From: an uncultured delta proteobacterium
Lineage (GTDB): Bacteria > Desulfobacterota > Binatia > UBA9968
Assembly (NCBI GenBank): GCA_963737905.1
Contig: CAVTUQ010000037.1
Coordinates: 32,001-96,000, forward strand
DNA length: 64,000 nt
Reading direction: 5' to 3'
The notes beneath the pieces were generated by a model that saw only the letters and a list, made by a program, of their open reading frames with translations, ran no database searches and had not been told where the DNA came from. The position numbers and the translations under genes are program-made. Positions 42,468 through 53,128 of this stretch are shown one piece after another (the stretch's first letter is position 1; each line of letters starts with the position of its first letter).

Positions 42468-43229
42468 CTAACGGTGCATCCACATAGGTTTTCTTTTCTC
42501 AAGGAAGGCGCGGATGCCCTCGTCCACATCATTGGTACGCAGAAGTTCGTCGCGATACAACTCTTCTGATCTTTTGAGCGCATCGGAAAATCCCCTGAGA
42601 GAAACTTCCCTTAGGCCTTTCAGTGCGATGCGCAAAACAGCGCCGCTCTTTCCAAGCAGCTCTTCCAATAGAGATGTAAGGCCGGTCTCCAGTTGATCGC
42701 TTGCCAGTACACGGTTGATCAATCCGATGGCGAAGGCCTCCTGAGCGGAAAACCTTCGTCCGGTGAGAATCATCTCCGCGGCGCGATGATAACCGATCAG
42801 CGAAGAGAAACGCGCCAAAGCGACCGGCGGATAACATCCCACATCGATTTCTGGCGTAGCGAAAGAACTATCGTCCGACGCAATAACAAAGTCGCAGGAA
42901 GTTGCCAATTCGCAACCTCCGCCGAGACAGACGCCACGAACCAAGGCAATGGTGACTTGAGGTAGAAGAAGAAGTTTGCGGATCACACCGTGCACGACGT
43001 CGAGCATCTCGGGAACATTTTCACGCGTGTGGTCACGGATATCAACGCCGGCGGAAAAGGCCCGTTGGCCAGCACCTTGGATGACCATAACATCGGTTGC
43101 GGTATTCTCTATGTACGCCGCCAGCACGCCGTCGAGCTCCCGCAACAATGAAATGTCCAGAACATTCAAAGGCGGCCGGTCCATTGCGATGCGGACCACC
43201 CGTTCTTTATTTTCAACCTTTACACCCAA
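42468..43229 (-). CDS. Enoyl-CoA hydratase/isomerase
   Basis: PPLNVL, FSAGVDI, LGGGCELA, PEIDVG, FLEKRKP. Confidence 0.92.
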   Translation of the reverse strand: MGVKVENKERVVRIAMDRPPLNVLDISLLRELDGVLAAYIENTATDVMVIQGAGQRAFSAGVDIRDHTRENVPEMLDVVHGVIRKLLLLPQVTIALVRGVCLGGGCELATSCDFVIASDDSSFATPEIDVGCYPPVALARFSSLIGYHRAAEMILTGRRFSAQEAFAIGLINRVLASDQLETGLTSLLEELLGKSGAVLRIALKGLREVSLRGFSDALKRSEELYRDELLRTNDVDEGIRAFLEKRKPMWMHR

Positions 43230-43399
43230 CGTTCGATATCTCCGAAAAGTGCCCCTCTCAACCCCGTAATCGGGCTTCGACGCCTACCCGAAGGCTGATT
43301 CCGGCACGCTCATCCTTAGCGAACTCCATGTCCTCACTATCCCAAATTTTTCTCGCACAAACGAGCCCCTCTTACAAGGAAAATTCCACCCGCGCGAGT

Positions 43400-43428
43400 T
43401 TGACAAGAAGGGGGCCAGACCTTACACT
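43400..43428 (+). promoter_or_regulatory. Sigma-70 promoter of OmpA-family gene
   Basis: TTGACA-17 nt-TACACT. Confidence 0.75.
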
Positions 43429-43459
43429 TAGCTGCCTGTGAGCTGATAAGGAGGGTTTT

Positions 43460-44221
43460 ATGAAGAGTTTACGGCTTCTAGTGCTCGTTATGATTCTATG
43501 CCTTACCCTGGGACCCAAACTTAGCATCGCTGCCCCCGACGAGTACGACGACAGCCAATCTAACCCTTTCAGGGTAGCGGCTTACCTGCTCTATCCTGCG
43601 GGATTCATTCTGGAGTGGACGGTTTTCCGACCCTTCCATTTCCTCGTTAGCAGCACTGAGCCAGCTGAGGCCTTTTTCGGCCACCAACCCCATCCTCCTG
43701 CTATCTCCGAGCCCCGGCCCTATCCATACTATGGAGCGTCCCCTAGGGTCCCATTGCAGGAGCCGCCGCCTCCGGCAAAAGTGACGGCGGCACCAGAGCC
43801 ACCGAAAGAAGTCATCAAGGTAGTTGAGGTTCCCGTCGTTAAGGAAGTCATCAAAGAAGTGCCCAAAATTGTCGAAGTCGAGCGGGTCGTCTTTCCGAAT
43901 GTCGCTTTCCGCTTTAACTCAGCGGAGCTTACGGATCTCGGCAAAGGCGAAGTCTATCTTGCCGCGCAAAGGCTTAAAGAGAAGGCTAATGTTACGATTG
44001 CTATCGAGGGGCATACCGATGACGTCGGGAACAATGAGTATAACGACAAGTTAGGAATGCGTCGAGCCGAAACCGTCATGAAAGAGCTGGCGTCCTTGGG
44101 GGTGGATCCCGGAAGAATGTCTGCAGCCAGCCTGGGAGAGACCCAACCGTTGATCGGCCAGGAAACCGCCTGGGCCCGAGCCGTAAATCGCCGGGTTGAG
44201 TTTCAAGTTAAGGGTCAATAA
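43460..44221 (+). CDS. OmpA-family peptidoglycan-binding protein
   Basis: Signal peptide, Pro-rich linker, FRFNSAEL, IEGHTD, LGMRRA, NRRVEF. Confidence 0.92.
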   Translation: MKSLRLLVLVMILCLTLGPKLSIAAPDEYDDSQSNPFRVAAYLLYPAGFILEWTVFRPFHFLVSSTEPAEAFFGHQPHPPAISEPRPYPYYGASPRVPLQEPPPPAKVTAAPEPPKEVIKVVEVPVVKEVIKEVPKIVEVERVVFPNVAFRFNSAELTDLGKGEVYLAAQRLKEKANVTIAIEGHTDDVGNNEYNDKLGMRRAETVMKELASLGVDPGRMSAASLGETQPLIGQETAWARAVNRRVEFQVKGQ

Positions 44222-44247
44222 ACTAATCTAAAATCAGCAGTGCGGAG

Positions 44248-44279
44248 GCCCAGCCTAACTTTTAGGCTGGGCTTTTTTT
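44248..44279 (+). terminator. Rho-independent terminator
   Basis: GCCCAGCCTAA-CTT-TTAGGCTGGGC followed by T7. Confidence 0.9.
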
Positions 44280-44285
44280 CTCGTG

Positions 44286-44412
44286 CAGGCTGCTGAAAAA
44301 GACTCATATGCGTCGTTGCGCTCGACCGATTTCGCGTCAACGTACAAGAAGAGTACGCCTCCGCTCATCGATCTTCGTGCGCCTCGCCTCTGAGATCTTT
44401 TTGAGCAGCCTG
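44286..44412. mobile_element. MITE (family E), 127 bp
   Basis: Near-identical to 29111-29235, same TIRs. Confidence 0.85.
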
Positions 44413-44446
44413 CAAACCAAAGCTTTACAGCAACCATCGAAAAATC

Positions 44447-45052
44447 ATGACCTACAAGCCCCAGGACACCTATTACAAAAAAGCCAAGCAAGAAGGCTAC
44501 CGATCACGCGCCGCGTATAAGCTGCTCGAGCTGCAACAGCGCTTTCGTTTCATGAGACCTGGTGATGTAGTCGTCGATCTGGGAGCCGCTCCGGGCGGCT
44601 GGCTCCAGGTGGCCGCAAAGTTCGTCGGCCAGAACGGAAAAGTTATTGGCGTCGATCTCCGGCCCATCGAGATATTGCGCGAACCTAATATCATTTTCCT
44701 CCAGGGCGACATCACGTCTTCCGAGATTTTGACAAAAATAGAAGAGCTCGTTCACCGCAAACCTGATTGTGTCTTGTCGGATCTGGCACCGCGGCTAAGC
44801 GGGATTCGCGACGCGGACGCTGCGCGCTGCTTGGAGTTGAACAGAACCGCTTTGGCGGTGGCAATCGCCCTGCTCCGGCCAGGCGGATCTTTTCTTGCCA
44901 AAAGCTTCGTCAACCAAGAGCTTCAGACCTTTACACTTGAACTCAAGCAGCACTTTCGTTCCGTGGATCGCACACGGCCGGAGGCCACCCGGCAAGGGTC
45001 TTCGGAGTTTTATTTTTTTGCTAAGGATTTTCATGTGAATCCCAGGAACTAG
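44447..45052 (+). CDS. rlmE: 23S rRNA Um2552 methyltransferase
   Basis: YRSRAAYKL, DLGAAPGGW, LSDLAP, SSEFY. Confidence 0.95.
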   Translation: MTYKPQDTYYKKAKQEGYRSRAAYKLLELQQRFRFMRPGDVVVDLGAAPGGWLQVAAKFVGQNGKVIGVDLRPIEILREPNIIFLQGDITSSEILTKIEELVHRKPDCVLSDLAPRLSGIRDADAARCLELNRTALAVAIALLRPGGSFLAKSFVNQELQTFTLELKQHFRSVDRTRPEATRQGSSEFYFFAKDFHVNPRN

Positions 45053-45112
45053 CAGGACTATTATTCACCGGACGAGAAACAGCATGATAGACTGCACACC
45101 GAGCGAGGAGAT

Positions 45113-45240
45113 ATTCCAGTTCAAAACGTTCAAGTCGGTTTAAGCTCGGTCAAACCCCCACCTGTATCCTCCCCCGCGTCGCGGGTGAGGAATAAAAGGA
45201 GGAGCTGGAACTATTGGAACTTTTTGAACGAATTGAACGG
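45113..45240. repeat. Family C inverted arrays enclosing a CCTCCCCCGCG..CGCGGGTGAGG hairpin
   Basis: GTTCAAAACGTTCAAG ... TTGGAACTTTTTGAACGAATTGAAC. Confidence 0.65.
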
Positions 45241-45294
45241 CTCCACTGTTGGATGTTCATTGCCCGAGCTACGTCACGATCCTGAGGCTATCGT

Positions 45295-46281
45295 ATGCCA
45301 GAATTTAGAAAAGATCCCGTCGCCGATCGCTGGGTCATCATTGCCCCCGAAAGAGCGAACAGGCCCGTACACCGCGAAGCTTCGGATACCGCTCCGTGTC
45401 CTTTCTGCGCAGGAAATGAAAACATGACTCCCCCGGAAGTTCTGGTCTTGGGTGGCGAGAGCGACCTATCCAGTTTACCGAACTGGAGCGTCCGCGTGGT
45501 CCCTAACAAGTATCCCGCCCTCGTTCCGGATGGAAGCGGACTTGAGATTGCCGATAAAAATTTCGAGGCACGCAGCGGCATCGGCGCGCACGAAGTCATT
45601 ATCGAAAGCCCCGATCATGTAAACGACGTGGCGCTGCTCGGCGAGCGACAGTTTGAAATAATCCTTCGAGCCTACCGTCGTCGAATCATGGAACTTCGAA
45701 CCGACAGACGATTTCGCTATATTCTTATTTACAAGAACCAGGGCATCGAAGCGGGGGCGACCCTCGAACATGTTCATTCGCAGTTGGTCGCGATGCCGAT
45801 GATACCCAAACGGATCCTGGAAGAGATCAAAACCGCGGAAAATTACTACGTAGCAAACCGGCGCTGCGTTTTTTGTGACATCCTTCGGAAAGAAACCAAG
45901 CAGCGCGAGCGCGTCGTCATCGAAAATGCGCGTTTCCTCGTGATTTGTCCCTTTGCGCCCCGTTTTCCTTACGAGACCTGGATACTACCCAAGAAACACT
46001 CGTCCTTTTTTGAGCACAATACTCAACCGGATGACATCGATCTCGCTCAGATGTTGCGAGAGATATTGACCCGGCTCAAGCACAGCCTCGGCGCTCCGGC
46101 GTTCAATTACGTCATCCATTCCAATCCGCTCGATGGGAACGACAACGATTACTACCACTGGCACGTGGAGATCCTGCCCAAGACGATACGAGTCGGGGGA
46201 TTTGAGTGGGGATCGGGTTCTTACATCAATCCAGTAACGCCAGAACAGAGCGCGCGCTCACTCCGCGCGGCGATGCCGTAA
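45295..46281 (+). CDS. galT: Galactose-1-phosphate uridylyltransferase
   Basis: CPFCAGNE, VVPNKYP, AGATLEHVHSQ, YHWH. Confidence 0.93.
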   Translation: MPEFRKDPVADRWVIIAPERANRPVHREASDTAPCPFCAGNENMTPPEVLVLGGESDLSSLPNWSVRVVPNKYPALVPDGSGLEIADKNFEARSGIGAHEVIIESPDHVNDVALLGERQFEIILRAYRRRIMELRTDRRFRYILIYKNQGIEAGATLEHVHSQLVAMPMIPKRILEEIKTAENYYVANRRCVFCDILRKETKQRERVVIENARFLVICPFAPRFPYETWILPKKHSSFFEHNTQPDDIDLAQMLREILTRLKHSLGAPAFNYVIHSNPLDGNDNDYYHWHVEILPKTIRVGGFEWGSGSYINPVTPEQSARSLRAAMP

Positions 46282-46302
46282 CCAATCATAATCCAGCTTG
46301 AA

Positions 46303-46529
46303 CCCAGTGCAGTAGGCCGCAACCAAAGAAAAATGGATATCACCACGAAGCACACGAAGACCACGAAGGAAGAAAAATATTTCTTTAAGAATCGATATTC
46401 TCTCCTTTATCCGATCTTCGTGTCCTTCGCGACCTTCGTGGTGTAAAAGTCTTTCGTCGAATGGTGTATCCGTGCTAACAACCGCTTGAAAGATTTGCGT
46501 AAGCCGCGAAAACTCTTAAGCACGGTAAC
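46303..46529. repeat. Family B element containing family H
   Basis: GGCCGCAACCAAA...CACCACGAAGCACACGAAG...CTTCGTGGTG...ATTTGCGTAAGCCGCGAAAACTCTTAAGCAC. Confidence 0.75.
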
Positions 46530-46547
46530 CCGAAATAGTCCGACCCG

Positions 46548-48378
46548 CTACTCCACGGTGACGCTTTTCGCCAGATTGCGCGGTTGATCAACGTCCGTGC
46601 CACGATGAACTGCAATATGGTAAGCAAGGAGTTGAAGCGGAATGCTCAGCACGATGGGTGTAAGAAAATGGGAGGCTTTGGGTACAGTCAACATGCCAAA
46701 GGACGAGATCTCCGAGGGGAGCTTCGTCTCGTCGGTTAAGTATGATGACCTTGCCCCCGCGGGACTCCACCTCTTTTAAATTACCCAGGGTTTTCTGAAA
46801 GTAGCGATCGCGGGGCAAGAGCACGACGACCGGCATCTTTTCGTCGATAAGCGCTATGGGGCCGTGCTTCATCTCGCCCGCGGGGTATCCCTCGGCATGG
46901 ATGTAAGAGATTTCCTTCAGCTTCAGCGCGCCCTCGAGGGCGATCGGATAGTTGATGCCCCGGCCAAGATACAAAAAATCGGTATTGTCGGTCAGGTTCC
47001 GCGCCAAGACTTCCACCTCGTTTTCGACCTTCAGCGTCTCTTCGATCCAGTGCGGCAGATACATCAGGTCGGCGAGGAGTTTCTTCGCCTGCGTCTTGCT
47101 CAGGCTTCCCCGGCGCCGCCCCAGCGCGATAGCCAGAAGATAGAGCGCCGTGAGTTGCGTGGTGAAGGCTTTGGTGCTCGCGACACTGATCTCGGGCCCC
47201 GCATGGGTGTAGAGAACTCCATCCGATTTTCTGGGGATTGACGAGTCAACAACGTTGCAGATGGATAGCACCTTGGCTTTCTTGAGCCGCGCGATCTCGA
47301 CGGCCGCCAAAGTGTCCGCGGTTTCGCCCGACTGGCTGACCATGAGCAGAATCGACCGAGGGTCCATCAACGGCGAGCGGTATCTAAATTCCGAACCGTA
47401 GTCCACCTCCGCCGGAATTTGCGCGATCTCCTCGATCATGAACTTGCCCACGAGGCATGCATGCCACGCCGTCCCACAGGCGACAAGATGAACCCGCTCG
47501 ACCTGGCGCGCCTGGCTCGTCGTAAGACGAATGTCTTCCAGTGACACCTCACCGTCTCTCAAAGAGATGCGCCCGCGAAACGTGTCCGCCACGGCCCGCG
47601 GCTGATCGTGAATCTCTTTGAGCATGAAATGACGATAGCCGTCCTTGCGCGCCGCCACCGCGTCCCAGGTGATTTCTTTGAAAGGTCTTTGAACCGATTT
47701 GCCTTTGCCGTTAAACAGCCGAAACGAACCGATTGAGACTTCCGCGACTTCGCCGTCCTCCAGGAAAGCGACCTTGCGGGTATAGTCGAGCAATGCGGGA
47801 ATATCGGAGGCGATGAAGGTCTCGCCGTCACCCCCGCCAATCACAATGGGAGTCGAGTTCTTGGCAACGACGAGCCGTTTGGGATCTTTCTGGTTGAGAA
47901 ATAGCAAGGCATAGGAACCCCGAATTTCCCTGAGACTTTTTCTCACGGCCTCGAGGAAATCCATGCCTTTGTCAACTTTCTCCGCGACAAGATGAGCGAC
48001 AATCTCTGTATCTGTCTCGGAGGAAAATTTTGTGCCCCGGCCGATCAGTTGTTCTTTGAGATCAAGGTAGTTTTCGATGATCCCATTATGCACAACCACC
48101 ACGTCGCCCGCGCGATGGGGGTGCGCGTTGGTCTCGGACGGCCGGCCGTGAGTTGCCCAGCGCGTGTGGCCGATGCCGATCGTCCCGATCATCGGATCCC
48201 GATCGAGTAGGGTTTCCAGATTTTTGAGCTTACCTTCACAACGGCGCACCGCGACATGGCCATCGTTCACCACGGCGATCCCGGCGGAATCATAGCCCCG
48301 GTACTCGAGCTTCCTCAGGCTCTCCAGGATCAGCGGCGCGGCGTCCCGTTTACCGATATATCCGACAATGCCGCACAT
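46548..48378 (-). CDS. glmS: Glutamine-fructose-6-phosphate aminotransferase (frameshift near 46735)
   Basis: [32 protein letters not shown]; [10 protein letters not shown] in shifted frame. Confidence 0.95.
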
Positions 48379-49773
48379 TATTTCTTGGTCCCTTTCATCT
48401 TCTCTCGCTTCTGTTCCGTCCAACCTTCCCGCACTCGCTCCTGCCGTTCGTTGAAAGCCAGATGCCCCGGCGGGAATGTCGTGACGAAGGGTCGTGGCCG
48501 TGGCGACGTACACGTCATCCCCCAGGGAAATAGGCGCCACTAGCGTGGTGTCGCTGCCCACCTGCACGCGATCGCCGATTTTTGTGCGATATTTATGAAA
48601 CCCATCATAGTTACAAACAATGGTTCCCGCTCCAATGTTGCCGTCGCGGCCGATCGTCACATCTCCCAGATACGTAAGATGGTTCGCCTTGGTATTGTCT
48701 CCAATCGTCGCCTCTTTGGTTTCAACGAAGTTGCCGATGTGAACGTTGGCGCCCAGCGAGCTGCCCGGACGAAGATGCGCAAAGGGCCCGATAATCGCAC
48801 CGGCGGCCACCCGAGAGCTGGTCATGACGACGGAAAATTTCAGCTGAACTGCATCGCCGATTTGAGTATCCGTCAGGTAGGCGCTGCCGTCGATTTGACA
48901 GCGCTCGCCGATGACCGTGTTTCCACGCAGATGCGTGTTCGGCCCGATAACGGTATCCCTGCCGATCACCACGCCCTCTTCGATGTAAGCCGTGTTGGGG
49001 TCTTTGAGGGTGACGCCGTTATCCATCCATTTTCGATTGATCCGTTCCTGCAATGTCTTCTCCATCAGAGCGAGCTCCTCTCGGGTATTGATGCCCATCA
49101 CTTCATGCGCGTCGTCCACTTTCATAGTGGCGACTCGCTCTCCTTCTTTCAACGCAATGGCCACGGTATCGGGCAAATAGTATTCGCCCTGTTCGTTGTG
49201 GTTTTTTACCTTTTCCAGAGCAGAAAATAGAAACCGCGCGGACGCAACATAGATTCCGGCGTTGACTTCTTCAATCCGCTGCTGGGCATCCGTCGCGTCT
49301 CGCTGTTCGACAACGCCGGCGATCTCGCCATCAGCATGGCGCAGGACGCGACCATAGCCCGTGGATTCTTTCAGCGATGCCGTCATAAGGGTCAGGGATG
49401 CCTTGTGCTCCCGGTGCAAATGAATGATCGCGCTCAAGGTCCGTACCGAAATCAGCGGCACATCCCCGCTGAGAATGAGAATATCGCCGGCAAATTCGCC
49501 GAAGCTATTTCTGGCGCAGAGAACGGCGTGGGCGGTGCCGAGCTGCTGTTCCTGAACGATCCACGTAACATCGTCGCCGCGGTAAGCGTCCTTGACCGCC
49601 TCGGCGCCGTGTCCGATAATGACGGCCACTTTGCCTGGATTGAGCCGCCGTGCGGTGGTCAAAACATGGAACAATAAAGGCTTCCCACTCAGGGGATGCA
49701 TAACTTTGGGCAAACTGGATTTCATCCGTTTGCCCAACCCAGCCGCCAAAATAATTACGCCGACTTCGTTCAT
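48378..49773 (-). CDS. glmU: Bifunctional UDP-GlcNAc pyrophosphorylase/acetyltransferase (frameshift near 48460)
   Basis: LAAGLGKRMKS, GEYYLPD, GPFAHLRPG, NYDG; shifted frame ends TAA overlapping glmS ATG (TAATG). Confidence 0.95.
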
Positions 49774-49928
49774 CTTGTGTAACCTCGAGGCACTAAAGGT
49801 CGATTATAGCGAAAGTAGGAATTCAATCAAAGTGAACCTTTCCCTACGGCCGTTCTTGGCAGCACCGAAAACTTGAACACTTCTTTGCATAAAGCTATAG
49901 AACTCGCCCCGGCAAGCTCGGTAAGGGA

Positions 49929-50210
49929 TCAAGGCGAGGGCGGTTTTCGAGCGCCGATCGCATGAGCTCCTGGAGGGGCGGTTGAGGCCAGATCGACGAC
50001 CGTAGATTGATTCTTAACCGGAGCGCGGGGCCCTTGTTGTAGCGGGTAAGGCAATCGATCCTGGCAGGCCCGAAGGAAGAACATGAGAAGCCCCACCGAA
50101 CTGACGATAGAGGTGAGCGTGATGAAGGGCGTCCAAAAGGCGCTCCAGCGCGCGCGTCGCCGCTCTTCTCTGAGTTCTTCCAAACTCTTTTTCGGTGACG
50201 GCTTGTCCAC
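49929..50210 (-). CDS. Small hypothetical membrane protein
   Basis: Probable GTG start; basic stretch then one TM (FWTPFITLTSIVSSVGLLMFFL). Confidence 0.45.
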   Translation of the reverse strand: MDKPSPKKSLEELREERRRARWSAFWTPFITLTSIVSSVGLLMFFLRACQDRLPYPLQQGPRAPVKNQSTVVDLASTAPPGAHAIGARKPPSP

Positions 50211-50386
50211 TGATTTATGGTTTTTCCAGCCGATTCGACTAGTTGTCTCTGGCTGGTATAATATGAGCGCCGGCTGAAGTCCAACGGGACAAATTTCATG
50301 GCTGTAAATATTACTTGTCAACCAGCATCAATTCAATTACAAGAAACCATCATGAGTGATTCGTCTAGATCGCTCCACGGAGACCC

Positions 50387-50578
50387 ATGATGAGCCGTAC
50401 GCCGGACGGATCTGCTTATCGCACGGCCCCGGAATCTACAGAAAAGGAAGAAACGCGGGAAGACTGGTGGGAGGTTTGTCCCGTGTGCGGCTGGCGGCTC
50501 CACAATCACAAATGCCGCTTTGTCTGCTCCAATCCCCAATGCCATTTCTTCATGAGCTGCAGTGAGTTCGATATGTAA
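50387..50578 (+). CDS. Small Cys/His-rich zinc-ribbon protein
   Basis: CPVCGWRLHNHKCRFVCSNPQCHFFMSCSE; SD GGAG. Confidence 0.7.
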   Translation: MMSRTPDGSAYRTAPESTEKEETREDWWEVCPVCGWRLHNHKCRFVCSNPQCHFFMSCSEFDM

Positions 50579-50633
50579 CGGTTTCCCAAACGCTGAGTTT
50601 GCTTGCTATCATTCCATTCGGTAGAAGAAGAGC

Positions 50634-51362
50634 ATGGCAAAAACCGCCGGTATCGTTATCATTGGCAATGAGGTGCTGTCCGGAAAAACCCAGGACATCA
50701 ATTCTCACTTCTTCTGCGGCGAGTTGCGCCAGCTCGGCGTGGACGTCCAAAAGATCTCAACGATTCCCGACGAAATCGAATGGATCGGCCGAGAAGTCGC
50801 CGCTTTCTCGAAACGCTTTGATTGGGTCTTCACTTCCGGAGGTGTGGGGCCGACCCACGACGACGTCACCATCGACGGAATCGCCCACGGCTTTGGACTC
50901 AGAGTTGTCCGTCATCCCGACATCGAACAACGGATGCGGCAACGCCTTGGCACGGAGGTTAATGAGGCGCGGCTGAGAATGGCGAACGTCCCCGAAGGCG
51001 CGGAGCTTTTGGCGACGGAGGCCCTTTTCGCCCCGGTCGTGAAAATCCACAATGTCTTTATCTTTCCCGGAATTCCAAAAATACTCCAGGAACGATTTAT
51101 CGCCATCAGGGAAAGATTTCGCGACGCGCCGTACTTCCTCAAAGTCGTATACGTCCGGCAGGGGGAAGGCGTCATTGCCAGTCTTATGAACGATCTGCTG
51201 CTCAAGTATCCACAACTGCTGCTCGGTTCCTATCCAGTGCTGGATATTCCGGACTACAAGGTCAAAGTCACGCTTGAGTCGAAAGACTCCGATTATCTCG
51301 ATCAGGCCCTGCAAGCCTTTCTGTCAGCGCTACCTGACGGCGCGGTCCATCACGTGCAATAG
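50634..51362 (+). CDS. CinA N-terminal / molybdopterin-binding domain protein
   Basis: IIGNEVLSGKTQDIN, SGGVGPTHDDVT, FPGIP, GSYP. Confidence 0.9.
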   Translation: MAKTAGIVIIGNEVLSGKTQDINSHFFCGELRQLGVDVQKISTIPDEIEWIGREVAAFSKRFDWVFTSGGVGPTHDDVTIDGIAHGFGLRVVRHPDIEQRMRQRLGTEVNEARLRMANVPEGAELLATEALFAPVVKIHNVFIFPGIPKILQERFIAIRERFRDAPYFLKVVYVRQGEGVIASLMNDLLLKYPQLLLGSYPVLDIPDYKVKVTLESKDSDYLDQALQAFLSALPDGAVHHVQ

Positions 51363-51372
51363 CATTCAGCAC

Positions 51373-52812
51373 ATGTCCGGCAATCCGTCTTGGGGCATTC
51401 TTCCGCGCTTTAGGAAAGCTCCTTTACCACCGCTTGTCAGCATGTGGGCGGCGCTTGGGCCAGGCGTGATCTTCATGGCCTTGGCCCAAGGAAGCGGGGA
51501 GCTGATCTGGTGGCCCTACATCATCGCCAAGTACGGCCTGTCATTTTTATTTCTGCTGCTCCCCGCTTGCCTTCTTCAATTTCCGGTCACTTATGAAATC
51601 GGCCGCTATACGGTGCTCACCGGAGAGAGCATCTTTCAGGGCTTCATTCGCCTGAATCGCGGCTTTGCATTTTTCCTCTGGATCTTGATGACCCTTTCAT
51701 TTCTTTGGTTCGGCGCGTTTGCGGCAGCCGGCGGGACATCACTGGCCGCGCTGACGCATTTCCCGGCGGGTTGGACCCCTAGAGGTCAGACTCTCTTTTG
51801 GGGTTACCTTTCGATGTTTGTGTTTCTGGCAGCGATTCTTCTGAGCAAAGTGATCTATCGCTTGGTCGAAACTTTCATGTGGGCCGTGGCGCTTCTTACC
51901 CTCGTGGGACTTTTGTGGGCGAGTGCCAACACCGAAGCGCTCCGCGCCCTGCCGGCTTTCGCCAAAGGCTTGTTCATTCCCGAGTCGCCGATGCCGAGAC
52001 CCTGGGATCCTGATGACGCAACAAAATTGTTGACCGCGATCACCTTCGCGGGACTGGGCGGATTTTGGACTCTCTTTTATTCCTACTGGGTTCGGGACAA
52101 GGGCGCAGGGATGGCCCATTATATGGGAAGAATCACCGGTCCAATCACGGGCAAAGCCGAGGCGATCCCTTCGTCCGGCGCCGTGCCGGGCGAAGATGAG
52201 GGATTAGCGCACGCCAGTCGCTGGAGACATTATCTGTTTTGGGACGTCAGCATCGGTATTGGGGGAAATCTCCTCACGACTCTCATGACCTGCCTGCTGG
52301 CTTATGCGCTATTATTTCCTAAAGAGCTTCTCCCCCAAGGGTACGAACTTGCGGTCGTCCAGAGCCGTTTTTTCGAAGTGAGCTGGGGTTGGCTTGGAAA
52401 ACTCCTCTTCTTGATCGTCGCCGCGGCATTTCTTTCCGACACTTGGCTCGCCACCGTCGATGCGGTGAGCCGCATTCACACGGATTGCGTTTACGCTTTT
52501 TTTCCACGGACACAGTCCGTGCCGGTCCGCTCCTGGTATTTGATCTTCCTGTTTCTACTCACCGCCATCACCGCCGCTACTATGGGCTTTGCCGAACCCG
52601 GACCCCTGATCCTGCTCTCAGCCGTTATCGGATTCGTGGGTACCGTACTTTTCTCGGTGGCGTTGATTTTTCTAAATCATGTTTACTTGCCGCGGTACTT
52701 GCCTGCCGCCGTCCGTCCCGGCCGCGTCAACTTGGTTTTCCTCTGCATCGCCTGCGCGGCCTACCTACTTCTCGCCATAGCCTACCTTCTGGCCGTCACC
52801 CGCCTCGTTTGA
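51373..52812 (+). CDS. Nramp-like/APC superfamily transporter
   Basis: LGPGVI..GSGELIWWP, RYTVLTGES, ~11 TMs. Confidence 0.8.
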   Translation: MSGNPSWGILPRFRKAPLPPLVSMWAALGPGVIFMALAQGSGELIWWPYIIAKYGLSFLFLLLPACLLQFPVTYEIGRYTVLTGESIFQGFIRLNRGFAFFLWILMTLSFLWFGAFAAAGGTSLAALTHFPAGWTPRGQTLFWGYLSMFVFLAAILLSKVIYRLVETFMWAVALLTLVGLLWASANTEALRALPAFAKGLFIPESPMPRPWDPDDATKLLTAITFAGLGGFWTLFYSYWVRDKGAGMAHYMGRITGPITGKAEAIPSSGAVPGEDEGLAHASRWRHYLFWDVSIGIGGNLLTTLMTCLLAYALLFPKELLPQGYELAVVQSRFFEVSWGWLGKLLFLIVAAAFLSDTWLATVDAVSRIHTDCVYAFFPRTQSVPVRSWYLIFLFLLTAITAATMGFAEPGPLILLSAVIGFVGTVLFSVALIFLNHVYLPRYLPAAVRPGRVNLVFLCIACAAYLLLAIAYLLAVTRLV

Positions 52813-52889
52813 ACGCCTGCCGGCCGATGACTTCGTCGCGCCGAGTTGCAGATGCAAAGGAGATTGGAAAAACCATATCTCGCGCAAAG

Positions 52890-53120
52890 TAATTCATGTA
52901 CCAATCGGTACAACACGGCGGATGAAAATGGTAGCGTCGCATTGCCGAAGGCCAATGACCGGCGGTCGATTTGCGTCTAGCGCCAAGAGCCTGGGCAAAG
53001 TAGGACCCGAGCATTCTAAGGAAACACGGTCTGTTGCTCCCAGTATAGGGAAGCACGCATAAGAGAATCTTTTCAAGACGAGTGCTCCTTTGGTCTTGGG
53101 AAATTAGCTTTCGATAGGGG
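52890..53120 (+). ncRNA. Candidate bridge RNA in IS110 left end
   Basis: Contains TTTGCGTCT, GCGCCAAG, CATAAGAG and AATTA, which match the target and donor junctions; several hairpins. Confidence 0.65.
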
Positions 53121-53128
53121 GTGAGGCA

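Noticed and set aside
46588-49773. Apparent 1061-aa GlmU-GlmS fusion
   Set aside because: A single indel near 48460 explains it. The alternative frame gives a normal GlmU end with TAATG coupling, and GlmS needs a free N-terminal Cys.
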